Of a stretch of 64,000 nucleotides of DNA, positions 51,485-64,000 are shown in pieces. The stretch is taken from contig CM082583.2 of the NCBI GenBank assembly GCA_040954595.2, positions 4,827,374 through 4,891,373 on the forward strand, in the 5' to 3' direction. Source of the DNA: Balanoglossus misakiensis. Lineage: Eukaryota > Animalia > Hemichordata. Made by a program: the position numbers and the translations under genes. Numbering within the stretch: position 1 is the stretch's first letter; each line of letters starts with the position of its first letter. The notes beneath the pieces are model-generated. The model worked only from the letters and a program-made list of their open reading frames with translations. It was not told the DNA's origin and did no database searches.

Positions 51485-54400
51485 CTAGAACTTCCAGTCT
51501 CGTCTCTTCTTGGTGGCCGGCGAGTCAGCTGTGGCCGTTTTGTTTCGGGGTCTGCCGGAAGTCGAATCGGGCTCGACCGTCGGTTGGCGATGATGAAGAT
51601 GATGATGATGATGACGGTGGCGGGGTGTTGGGCCTGACGGGAATGTGGAAGACTTGGTTTTGTTGATGGAAGCGGTGGAGGTAGTCGGGGAATGAGACGG
51701 ATGCCTGTGAGAATGAAGGAAGAAAATGAGATGGAAAAAAAATTATGTTAGTCATATTAATGAATGAAAAGATGATTGACAGATGGAAATAGATTAATGA
51801 CAGAGAGATTATCTGTTCAGTGAGTGTGTTGAGGGGGCAGGTGAAGTGACTTTAGAATGTTATTAACTAAAAGTGCATTCAATGTAATGACATGGCATTT
51901 TCTGAATGTCACATTTGGACATTTGATGCGATCGTGAACTTTCAAGTAATTATGTTTTTTTTTAAAATCATTCTGATGGAATCCTAAAATTTGTGCAGTA
52001 TATACATGGCATATAACATACAGCAATATAAAATCAACAAAATTGAATGAAAAGCGAAAGATATTTTCATATATAGGAAACACTTTACACACATTAACAT
52101 GGGCATTCTGGGTCTCTGCATAAACTATAAACATTTGCAGTACCGTAAATTAAGTGAGGTTGCATGACACACAATGTTGGGACAAAAAGAATAAATGTAA
52201 TGTGTTTCTGAAAATCAGAATAGCAAAACAGTTACTAAAAATTTCCGTACACACTTAACAAACTGGTCAAGGTCAAACAGGTCAAAGTCAAACCATTGTC
52301 AAAGATAAAGAAACTTTTTAGACAAAATATGATACTATAAATGTGAATACAAACAACCAGTTCAAAATTATATAACGGACGGTCATATTTTATGAGCTTG
52401 GAGGAGGTGCCTTTAATAATCATATTAAAATGTGCAAATATATTTTGTGTTGAAATTCTTTCATGGAGGCACACTCAGCATTGAAAAAAAAATACACCAA
52501 ACAATACTGATTATGAAATGATTTGTATTATTAAACTTGTAAATGACATAATGGATATAAACAAAATCCTCCGATATTAAGATTATTTCCTTTCATAAAT
52601 TAAAAGATTATGTTTTCACAAATCTCCACTTCTCAGTCAATGTACACAGTACATGCAGATCATTCACAAATCTTGTGTGTGAGGGCGCTGTTTATGACGT
52701 ACAACAATTATCATATTTGGTGCTTCCGGCAAGCCAATAAAATCCAAGAGCTTCACAACTGCAGTGTCAATGTCAACCCTGAAATTCCTGTTCATATCAA
52801 CAGGAGGTTTACGAAACATTTTTCAGGCAACAATCATTTTTGTTCTTTTATGTGGGAAAGACACGGTTTGAAGACTTGTTGGTTTGTGGTTTTATTTGAG
52901 AATTCACAGGTCCACTTTGTCTTCCATGTAAATTTCAACCTGTCGACCTTGACTGCTGCCACGAAATGACGGGAGCCGCAACCTGACATGACAAAGATTA
53001 CAGTAACATAATGCGTCACAGACAATACACCAAGAAAATGTGATTTAGCTGCAGTACTACATGTATAAAGGCTGGAGGTTTTGTGTGATGGGGGGGGGGG
53101 GGGTGGATGTCAACCCCAGAGCTACAGGACCCTCCCTACCAGTTAGCCGATGGGGCTTCTATTCTGGAATCGAAAACTTTTTCTTGCCAGTTCTCTTTTG
53201 ATTTTCTGGTGCAGGAAGGGCCTGTAGCACGAATTTTGCCAACCAGCTACGTGCAGTACGGCAGCTAAGAGTATTCTAAAGGCCATCCCTACTATAAATA
53301 AAATGGACAATGACAAAACTAACAGTGTTAGAAGCTGAACACCACATCAAATGTTGCTTAGCCACAAATGATTTTACAGTTGATAGTTTATGAAGTTAAT
53401 GAATGAATGAAATGAATGGTATACATTTCTCACAGATATACAGGTATTTAATTGCAACCAAAATGGTCCTTGGTGCTGAAAATATCACTCGGAGAAAATA
53501 CATGAAATTTTGATTCCGCAAATCATTTGTGTCCGTATAGTGAATGAGTGAAACCAGAACATAGGCTTGCAGTCAGCTCACCTTAAATTTTGATCTCCTA
53601 CAAAAGTTCAGCAAGTAATGAAGATTATAAATGAAGATTGGAAAAACTTAGAAATGTATGAGTGAATATGATAGGACACTTTAAAAGGACAGACGTCTAA
53701 AGGTAATCTATATTGAGCTTTAATGATAAGCCATTTAAGACAGAATATGAATATGATATCTACAAAGAATCCATGCCACATTCTCATGTTACAAATGAAT
53801 ATTGCATGAGCGAAAGAACCTAAAATTGGCAGTCTGAAAGAGCGCCCCCTTTAGGCTGGTTTCAAATGCGCAGTGTCTTTGTTTTTAACTCTGCTGGCAA
53901 ATTTATGAATTTAAACTCTACTTGGCATTTCATTGTAAAGGAAGAAAATAATGATAGACATTGCACACTGAAAGTATTCATTCACTACAACAAGCAATGT
54001 AGTGGATGCACACTACCAAAGCATGCACAAAACCAAAAAACTACAAAAGAGCAATCATATTATGCTTGAAACCGTTAAATTTCACAACATGCAAAATTGG
54101 AAATAATTATACTAAAGATGAGTATTTTAAAAAGTATACATGAACTTAGGTTAGCAGACAGATTTAATATACAACAAAGATAGATGAAATGTTACTAAGC
54201 AAGACTGTTGTACACACAAAACACTCACTACTAGATATGAATAATATTTACATATGAGAGATTGAGAGCGAAATACATGACTGGTGGTAGTTTTTGTACA
54301 CGCTTACCTCTGAGGGGAAGATGAACGTGCAGAGTCGGCATTAGAAATTGCATCTGGTTCGGGTGTCGGACTTGGACTCTCACTTCCTGTCAGGTACGGC

Positions 54401-57400
54401 GGGGAAACCGCTCGGCTCAAACACGGGATGGCCGATTTGAACTTGGTGGTGGAGGGCAGGGTGAACTTCTTGTGGCCGGAGTGAGACGAGGGCAGGGAGT
54501 GGCGAGTCGACGGCTGCGAACTCTCCCGGCGGTGCGACGGAAGACTCGACGACAGTGTTCGTGGGGGTGTGAGGGTCGTTGGCACCTGCCGCGGCGACGA
54601 CAAGGAGGGTCTTGGGTAGGGGACTGATTTCAGAGAGGGAGCGGAGGTTTTAGTCACAGAGGCGGCGTCGCTAGTTTCCGGTTGCCGTGGAGATTTATCA
54701 GAAGAGTTCCTTGGGGATGAGTTGACCTTTCCGCTTAGGTCAGTGTCTGAAGAGGTCCTGATTTGTAGAAAACAATCAAAAGCTGGTATTAGTGTATCGC
54801 AAAAGATGAATCCTGACAAAAACTATGTTTAAAGCCCCTATAGCTGCCAAATTTCACATACTTCTTCGACAGTAAAATACTTCAAATATATTCCTTATCA
54901 TCTAAAATCCTCATCATTAAGCCATTTTACTTTCATTTGCATCAGTTTGTCATCTCTTGGCGACGCATACCACAACAGCTGCGGACTGTTTGTATGGAGG
55001 CTGATTAAATCGGTGCAGCACCATTTTAATACATAGCGATTCAAAATGCAACATTCAGTCACAATCGGGCATCGATAAGGTATTCATGTATACCTATCAG
55101 TAAGTTTATTTACATGAACCAATTTCAGTTGGAAAATAAAATCATGAAAATAATGCAAAAAGTGGCAGCTCTTGGGGCTTTAAGTACAACATGAAAAAGC
55201 TTCAATTACGGCAGGAATGGAATAATTAACATGCATTCTTTAAATTATAATTATTTATTTAAAAATTATTAAAATGACACTATGTTTATGGTTAAATTTA
55301 CTTAATTAAATGTAACAATGTTATGAGGAATAATAAGGAGCATGCAATTTACCATTTTAGTTTGCTATGATAAATATTAATGATAGCCAGCCTCTTGATG
55401 ATTAAAAATGTTAGAGACTGAAATTCTGCATGCATGATTATATTCCAACCTTTTACGTTTGTTTTCCAGAAGGTTTTGAAGTCTTTCTTTGTCTCTCGTT
55501 AAATCTTCCTTTATTTGTACAAGTTCTTCCTTCTCCACAATCAGTTGTTCATTCTCAATTTCCAGTCCTTCGCACCTTTCGGCAGCTTTTGAAAAGAATG
55601 TCAACTCAAAACTTAACATTTTGAGCGAGTCTCCCACGGAAAACATCTGGATTTGGCCATTTTCATGACCCTTGTGTGACCTTCAACATCATGTCATACC
55701 TGTTGCTATGCCAGTTTCATACTAAAATGTCCCTGCATAGAATTGATTTTTACTACTGAGCTTTAACGAAATATGTTCTTGGTTAATCTAAACAAGCAAA
55801 TTTGAATGTCAACAGATGTACTACATCACCAATGAAAATACCTGGATGGAAAGGTCATATAGGGTCATACGATACACATACCTACTTTGCTTGCCAACAG
55901 AAAAACTGAATTTATGGAATAAATTCATCCTTCAATGACCCTTGCAAAGTCGTGCATCAGTAAATCATGGCTTTGACCATGAAGTCACATAAGTTATGGC
56001 TCGGTTTTTGTTAAAAATCCTGCTATATGTGACTTTAGTATTACTATCAGCAAGATCTTGTCTACTTTAAACTTTGAGTCTTCTGCCAGGTCCTGAAATT
56101 TCAACATCGTGCTCAGGATTGATTATTTGGAAGTAATGCAGATAAAAAAAATTTATTCACCTGATTTGCATTTTTCAATTTCCTCTGTCAGTTTCTTCTT
56201 TTCAGTGATCAGTCTCTCCATTTGTCTTTCCAGTTCTTTGATGACATCATTCAGTGCGTCTATTTCTTCTTTCTGTGTGTTGATCTCATCTTGTAGGCTG
56301 AAATATTAATTGGAATTAAAAACAATATTACAAAGAACCCGTGTTTCAGCCTGAGCCCCCACAGCCTTAGAGCCAAATATAAGACTTACACAGAAAAAGA
56401 AATTTTCACATTTTAACCAGGCAATCATTTAGCATACATTTTCTCAAGTCAAGCCCAAAACATTCTTATTTAACTGCCCATGCATTAGCCAACTTACCTA
56501 TACTAGACTTTTGTGTATTATGCATTAGCCAATCGATTGTTTCTGATTGTTTTTTTGTTTTTGTTTTTGGGGGGGGGGTGTTGTGAAGAAACCTGGAACT
56601 ATGCATTGTATTATATTGTACAGATACACAGAAGATATGAAAAATCACACATCATCAAGACAAGCATGATAAAATGATCTTTTTGTATTCCAAAACTACC
56701 AGTGGTAAAATTTCTTGGTTTAAAAATCTATAAGGCCAAAAATCATAGCCCTTGAAACAGGCATTTTGAAAAACAAAACAAAAAAGGCAGATATTCTTTA
56801 TACACTGTATAAAATATTCATGCATGCATTACAAAGCAAAGAATTGCTGGATGGCAAAACTGCAGGATATTTTGATGGCTTAAAAGCACGCAATGCTTCC
56901 AAACGCAGATCAAACAAAAAATGATCAAAATGCCACCACAGCCAGATTTGCAGAATCACAAAAAGTTAACTTGTGCCAATATTTACCCCTGTTTATTTGG
57001 ATTATTTGTGTTGAAGAACAAACTAAAAGGACGTCTAGTTTAAAAACAAGATAAAGTTATAAAAGTTAAATGCCTATAATTGACATAAATAATTATTGCT
57101 ACACTGGTACCTACAACAATACAACAACAAGAAAGTTTGTAGACATCCCATATCTAGAGCGAAAAATTATTACCGGTAAATTATGAAAAAAAAAAATATT
57201 TTGATAATTTTTCATAAATCAGGCTGTAGAAACTTACCTTTTGTTTTCTTTGGCTTGGCTGCTGATAGTTTTTGCTTTGTTTTGACATTCCTTGCATTGT
57301 ACTACATCATCAGCCTTTTTCTACGGATACAGAAAGAGAGAAACAGAAATTCAGTGACTTTCAAACACAGAAACTCCCTGGAAAGGAGAGATCTAGACCG

Positions 57401-60400
57401 TACTGATTCTGGTTTTCACAAGATTGTCTGTTTGGCTGTTGGTATTTCCTGCAAATTTGGGGCCGAAATTTCAAAGGCTAACTACCAGCTGGCTGTTGCT
57501 TGAGGGACTGAGATCTGTATTCCCAGGGGAGATGAGCTGGCACGACAAATCCCCTAAGCTGGCCTATACTACCAAGACAGTCTAATTTGGTAGCCATACT
57601 GCACATGCTATACCCAGTTGAAACTATTTCTGAACAGAGACCAAGATATTTTCAGAACAGCAGTGCATTACACAACAGCACTATACACTACAGCACATTA
57701 CATATTTTATAACTATAATCATTACAGTATATACCTATAAACATTTATCTTTAGACATGCCTACTTTCAGCATTTAACTACAAGCTGAGACAGTACTACA
57801 GAAGACTGGCACAAATTTTAATTTTCCACCAAAAATGTGAATGTGCAGATTAATTATGACATTGAGACTGATGGCATTTTACAACAGAAGTTTAAATTTT
57901 ACTTCACCTACCCGTAAGTAATGAAAGAAAGACTGCAACAATCAAACAAATGAACAGAAAACACACAATCTAGTGAGTCACACAACATGCATTGTAAAAA
58001 ACAAGATGAGAAGATGGATGTAAAAAAAATCCCACACAGCATTTTACCAGAATTGAAGAATTCTTATAGCATGTTTCAAAGTCCCAAACGTAACATCCCT
58101 GAACATTTCAATGGATGGCCTTTCGTGTAGGGATGTGCGACGTACTGTCAAAAATAAATCCTGATCGCGATGAAAGGAAACAAATGGCAGCAAAGTTTGT
58201 TTTTTGGGGGGGAGGGGGTTGGAAGAAAAATCTCAGCTGACTGTAACTGAGAGAACAATTGAAGAACAACCAAGGAAGAAAAAAGGCTATAGCATGTGAA
58301 TCATTAGTTAAATATGATGGTAGCAGAGATTTTTTGGAGCACTCAAATCTGATGACAGGATTAAAGGCTGAAGTTCTTTCAGATAACTCAATACATTTGC
58401 TTATCATCAGTGGTCCACTACAAAGTTATACAATTCTGCTCCAATGCAATAGCTATTTGGACAACTGTCTTCATGAAACCCCACACAAAATTATAAATGG
58501 GACATTTTGCAAACAATTATTCAAACAACATGTAAACTTGCAAGGAACATATCATAATATTGTGGCTCAAAAAGTAAGGATGATAAAGATTTCAGTAAAA
58601 ATTTTCCTTGCAAGGGGAAAAAAATGTACAAGCATGCGTCATCACTGTCTTTTCCAAGTTGAAATTTTGAACGATGAAAAACTTCACACAACAGTAATCA
58701 GAAAAAAAAAACATTACACGAGGGAAAAAATTGAAAGGAAAAGGCATCTTATGGCCATGCAAACATTGTACACTCCATAACTAAGAATAAATCAAAGACA
58801 TTATTAAAAGGAAAAGAACTACAGAAGTTGCAGGCTCGATAGTTTACACATTAATTTAATGCATACCAAAGGCATTTTGCTTAAAGGGTGTCTCACCTTA
58901 CAAGGGAATATCCTCTAGAAAAGACTATGAGATAAAAATGTAATGAAAAATGCAAAATAAAAATCACCATACGAAGCTGTTTTACCGTGATGAAAACGGA
59001 GCAAGCCTAGACAGGGAAAGTGAATTCAAACCAACCAGTCACAGCAGTGAATATGGACTTTAAACCATTCAGATATCAGCTTACAAAACTTGATAAAAAT
59101 TGAGACAGTACCAGTCACCTGATTGGTTCTCATTCATTTCCTGTCTGCACTGGAGTGAATGACACGGCGCAAATGAACATTGATTGGCGGGTGACAAGGT
59201 AGCAATGAACGGCAATGTTCATCATGCAAGGAGTGGAAAGAAAAAGTGAAGAGAATGCTTGGGAAAGGAATAGGAGCTGTGCAGCTGGAAATACGACGAC
59301 AACGCAGAAACCAGTTGATTCTGAATGGAACAAATATACATGTACTCCAAAAGTACCATGCAAACTGGCGAAATGCACGCTTTACTTATTTGTAGGCACG
59401 GGACAGCATTTTCACGGGAGGGAGGATGGCCAATTCCCATACTCACCTTGTCTTCCATTGCTGATGTCATTTCCTGTAGTATGATAGTTTCATTCTTCTG
59501 AGCTTCTAATTTCTTCTCAAGTTCCTTCAACTGATTCTCTCTGTACAAATAGTGCAATGTGATTTGAGGCTTGTAAAAACTGTCCCTTTAAAGGTTAATC
59601 GTAGGCATTTTACAGTCCATCTGTCCATGACTAGTATCAGTATATAACGCAAAATCTGGAATCATACAATCACTTACTTTATTTGAAGTTGTTCTTTTAG
59701 CTTTCTCTCCATTTCTGATTTCTCTTCTATTCCTTCTTGCACCTATTATGAAAATGAAAAAAAACATGGTTTTTAAAAATGAAGAAATCTTGACGTTTAA
59801 GTTTAGACCAGGTATAAGGCTATGCCACTTATCAGAAAGTCAGTGTCTGGATATTTCTGCATGCTTTTACAGAGTATAGGACGTGAAGAATCTGAGTGAA
59901 AACAATTACAGAAACTGGTTGAGCTTTGAGTTTCAGCATAGCAGTGTTTTTGTTAAGGGGGGCACGTAGGTAGAAATATTACCAGGGATTCCCTGTCATA
60001 TGACTGGCCTTTCTCTTAGTGTTTCAAGTAAGTCCAATTACTGGGTGGTAGAAGTGTTACAGGGTTCCCCAACCTTCGCAAAAACACTGCATATATAGTC
60101 ACAGAGTGGAGAAATGGGAATCTATGTTTACTGATGCAAAATATAAAAATAAAATATTTCAGACAGCAAAATACAATTGTTGAATTTTTGCCACCACTCA
60201 TATCCAGACCTACTCAAAGTGCATTACATTTCAAAATATTGCACCGAGTGAAAAACCTATACAAACACGTGCGAATTAAGTGACAACACCAGTCAAATGA
60301 ACAACGCATAATCTGGAAAAAAAAGACACCCAACACAGAAAGGCAAACAAAAGTTGCATTAACTACAATCAGGAAGTGCTGAAAAAGTTGGGAAAAAACA

Positions 60401-63400
60401 CATAAAATCAAAGCATCGTAAATCTTCTACTCTGTGAAGGAACAGAAAAAACACATTACCAAAGAGGAGAAACAGCAAACCACAACACACTGGAATAGAC
60501 CGGAAAATCCATGATCCTAGGGGGCTCTCTGCGCTCCACCACTTAGATGAAGGGTGGGAGGGGGGGGGGGGGTCAGAGAGTATCCTCGAATGACAGATTT
60601 TCCAGTCTAACTGTGCATAGCTTGCAAATAAAAATAATAGTGAACCCTGTACTAGAAATGTGATAGTCTATACAGACTGATGATGAAGAAGTCGTCAGGT
60701 TCTTGAGAAACCCAATCTGTGGAGGTGAGGTAGGAGGCTAAGGTGGGAGACTTATATAAGCAAGATCTATTGTCTATAGGACACAGCAGGTGGGAGCTAG
60801 CAAGATCTAATTTTGTGAGGACACGGCACACACACAGGCACACTCGGGTCTCGTAGATGGGAGCTCTCGTCTCTAATCTCTCTACCTGTCTCCGTGCCGC
60901 CCTGTACTGTTTCTCCTGCTCTTCCAGCTGTCCCTCTTTGATGTGGATCATGTCCCACACCTTTTGCAACTCTCCCTTCACACACACCAGTTCCTGGCTC
61001 ACCTCGTCCATCGATTGCTGAGCGAGAAATGAACGGGATGGCAATATCCGCCGCAAATTAGTGGAGGAGACAGAAAAGCGTTCCGGAATTTGGGCGGAAG
61101 GAATCGGGGAGAAGAGGTTAGTGGAAGTGGTCAAATGGAAGCAGGACTGGTTTCTTATCAGGAACATGTGCTCTGGGATGTACATGTATAATGTTTGAAA
61201 AAGATATTTTAAACAGGTTATCAGGAATGAATGAGGCATACTATCTTTAATGAGAATAATACTGACAGCTTTCACATTGCTGCAGTTTCAATGAAAAAAT
61301 GTTAATAAAAATGTTAGACGTAGCTATACCAAACAATTTATTTCTATCTGTGTCAAAAAAGAGTTCTACAGAAACTGATCTCTAGTTTTGAGTTTGACTG
61401 AAGGGAGCTAGAGGATAAAACACATGCATATGGAGTTCAAGCAGAGCCTACATCACTAAAACCAGAGCATGACTGGAGGCGCAGCTGAAAGAAATCTTAC
61501 AGGACTAAAAGAACTACTAGGTTCAGATGTCCAATGGACCAGTACCAATCGGAATAGCAGTTCATGCTTACCTGACTCTAAAGTGACAATTCCAAAGATT
61601 GAATGAGCAAAGAAGAGAAATTGAGAGAAAAGATGTTGAGATGCCATTGGCAACCTTCACACAAGTTCCACTGAGAAAAGCGAGCGGTGATGAGGGCTGA
61701 CACTGACAGAGCAAGGCAGCCAACACAAGATATCACCATAATCAAATGATTTTATTAACTGTATCATAATGAATCGCTTACTTTTCATGCCTGATGAAAG
61801 AATTTCTCATCATCATTTTTGATTTTGAAGCTGGAATGTGTACTATACAGGGATACACTGTTACATGTACCGGTATGCCGCCTTGCTTGTGAATTAGCAA
61901 ACTCTATCAGGTCTATGTGTGGCAAAGATGAATACTAATACTAAGATTTATAAGATTTAAGAACAGTTTGGCTTAATTAATCTAATTTATCTAGAAAAAT
62001 TTTATAGCAATATTTATGAAACAATTTTACATATATCATTACCATGATGATTGCTCATACCTGGAGGGCAGTTGGATCACTTACCGAGAGTTGCTGACTT
62101 CTTGGAGTCAGTATACTCATCTTCTCATCTTCCAGTTCTTCTTTCAAACTTGTTATCATTCCATCCTTCCTCTCGCACTCTTTCTTCACGTCTTGCAGCT
62201 GCGAGCGCACCGCCTTGATTTCCGCCTCCTTCCTCTCGTCCAACTCCTTGCGCAGTTTCTGCATCTCGTGCTCCTGTTTCTCCTTCCACCACTTCATCTG
62301 GTCGTTTTTCCGGGCGATCTCGTCCTTCAGATCCTCGATCTGCGTGTCCTGTCTCTCCTTCAGCCTCTTCAGGTAGTCCACTTTCTTGGCGACCTCTCGC
62401 TCCAGCGCCTGGGCGTCGACCGCCGGCTTCTTCCGCGCTTCCTCCAGCTCCTTGCGTTTCTTCTCCAGAGCCTCTTCCGCCCGCCGCGTCTCCCGCTGCT
62501 TCTCCGCCAACAGCTCCTGCAGACTCCGGATCTGGCTCTCGTGGCTCTCCTGCGAAGCCTTGGAAGACTGCGACGCCCTCAGCAGCTCCGCCTGCAGCTG
62601 GTCGATCCTCTCGCTCAGCTCGCGGCGGTCATCAGAGTCTTGTTGCTGCGATGACGCCTCCGCCATCTTCTGAATCGCGCTGTTCTGCTCGTCTATCTTG
62701 ATCGCCAGTTCACGTTTCAGTTTCTCCAATCTCTTTTTCTCGTGCAGCAAGCTGTCTCTCTCTCGCTTCAGCGCGCCGATTTCGGAATCCTTCTCGGCGA
62801 TCCTGTTGTCCATTTCGCTGCGAACTGATTTCAGCAGTTTGTCTTTTTCTTGCAGCTTTTCTTGCATTTCTTTGTGGAGCTTCTCGATGATGAGGTTCTT
62901 CTGTTCGATTTCTGACGTCAAGCTTGCGTGAGTCTTGGCATCGGAGACTACAGCAAGGGGTTGTCTGAAATCAACAAATTAACTCAAAAGTTCAGCAAAT
63001 TTTCTTCAATTTCAAAAGATAAAGAACAATGAATAATTGTGTTTATTATTGTTAATCTAAACATCAAAAATTCACCTTACATTCATCTAATCTCTGATGT
63101 TTCCTTCACATACTAATGATACCTTTCTTCAGTTATATCATGAAATAAAACAGGGGAAAAAATCCTGAATGACAGCATAGCTCACTTGGGGCAACAACAA
63201 TATTACTGATATTTTCCCCTTAAATAACACTGTATAAAATGACCACTTATTTTTACACCATAATGTACGGAAGGTAATATTCCTCCCAGCTGACCTGGAA
63301 TCTCCATCAGTATCCTCCATCAGGTCTTCTTCCTCCTCAAGATGTTCCTCCTCATCCTCACCCTCCTCCTCCTCCTCATCATCCCAACTATTAGCATCCT

Positions 63401-63513
63401 CCTCATCTCCATCCATCTCTTTCATCACTGCCTCGAGGATTTCCTCATCACTGACATCCTCCCCACCAGCCATGACAACGATGGGAAACTGACCAGCTTT
63501 CAGCCTCTTTTGA
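51485..63513 (-). CDS. Large coiled-coil protein with Ser/Pro-rich disordered C-terminus (5'-partial; starts beyond the window)
   Basis: Phase-compatible GT-AG exons 63513-63295 (acidic), 62964-62085, 61017-60844, 59742-59678, 59540-59447, 57320-57238, 56297-56161, 55585-55450, 54757-54308, 51704-51485; ~818 aa. E/K/L/Q heptad-rich, ends ...KKRRDWKF. Family not recognised. Confidence 0.8.
54829..55183. mobile_element. TTAA-flanked MITE (AG...CT termini, Kolobok-like)
   Basis: TTAA-AGCCCCTATAGCTGCCA ... TGGCAGCTCTTGGGGCT-TTAA imperfect terminal inverted repeats. Confidence 0.65.
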
Positions 63514-64000
63514 CTGAATTAAAAGGGGGAAGGTAAAGGGGAAATTTTTTCTCACATTTTTTCTAATTTACCCAGCAGGTGGGTAAGGTTATAGCTGTGT
63601 TCTTATCAAGTGCGAGAATGACTATTTTATGGTTGATTTCAATGACCTACCGGTACATACAACTTTACAAGACACAAATATTCTGACTTTGTGTGCTTTC
63701 ATTATGATAAACAATTCGAACATGGCTATACCGATTAGGAAAACAGCAAATGCCAAATTATTACTGGTAAACTATTGTTCAGAAGCTCAATTTGTCCTGA
63801 TGTATAAAATGTTAGAATTCAAATTACTTTTTATATAATTTGATTCAGATGTTTTAACTATGTCCATTGCATTAATTTACAGAAAAATAGTGGGGATGAC
63901 TTTTTGTCTTGAAAACAAGACTGTGCATCAGTAGATGTGCTGTTGAAATGAGGAAAGTATATATGATCTGTTTGCTTGCTCTTAAATTTCAACTTCAGTT

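Noticed and set aside
62016-62931. Leu-rich plus-strand ORFs
   Set aside because: Antisense of the E/K/Q-rich coiled-coil exon.

Overview
Intron-rich animal genomic DNA with GT-AG spliced genes, probably from a marine invertebrate; the species cannot be fixed from the sequence. Gene order, with exons reconstructed by hand: AMACR (-); a compact SLC24/NCKX K+-dependent Na+/Ca2+ exchanger (-); three tandem single-coding-exon LRR type-I membrane proteins (-); NDUFA13 (+); TEX45/SAXO5-like microtubule inner protein (-); alpha-tubulin (+); USE1 SNARE (+); and the 3' part of a large unidentified coiled-coil gene (-) running off the right edge. Introns and intergenic DNA hold several short MITE-like inverted-repeat elements. 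The most unusual feature is the LRR trio. All three paralogs carry a 44-53 aa divergent, N-glycosylation-rich insert inside the LRRNT cap, lack a TIR domain, and keep a short conserved tail motif F-x-[RK]-M-E-[DE]-T. Next most notable is a cilia/microtubule neighbourhood: TEX45 is divergent from alpha-tubulin with RFX X-boxes between them, and the nearby coiled-coil protein has an SxIP motif.
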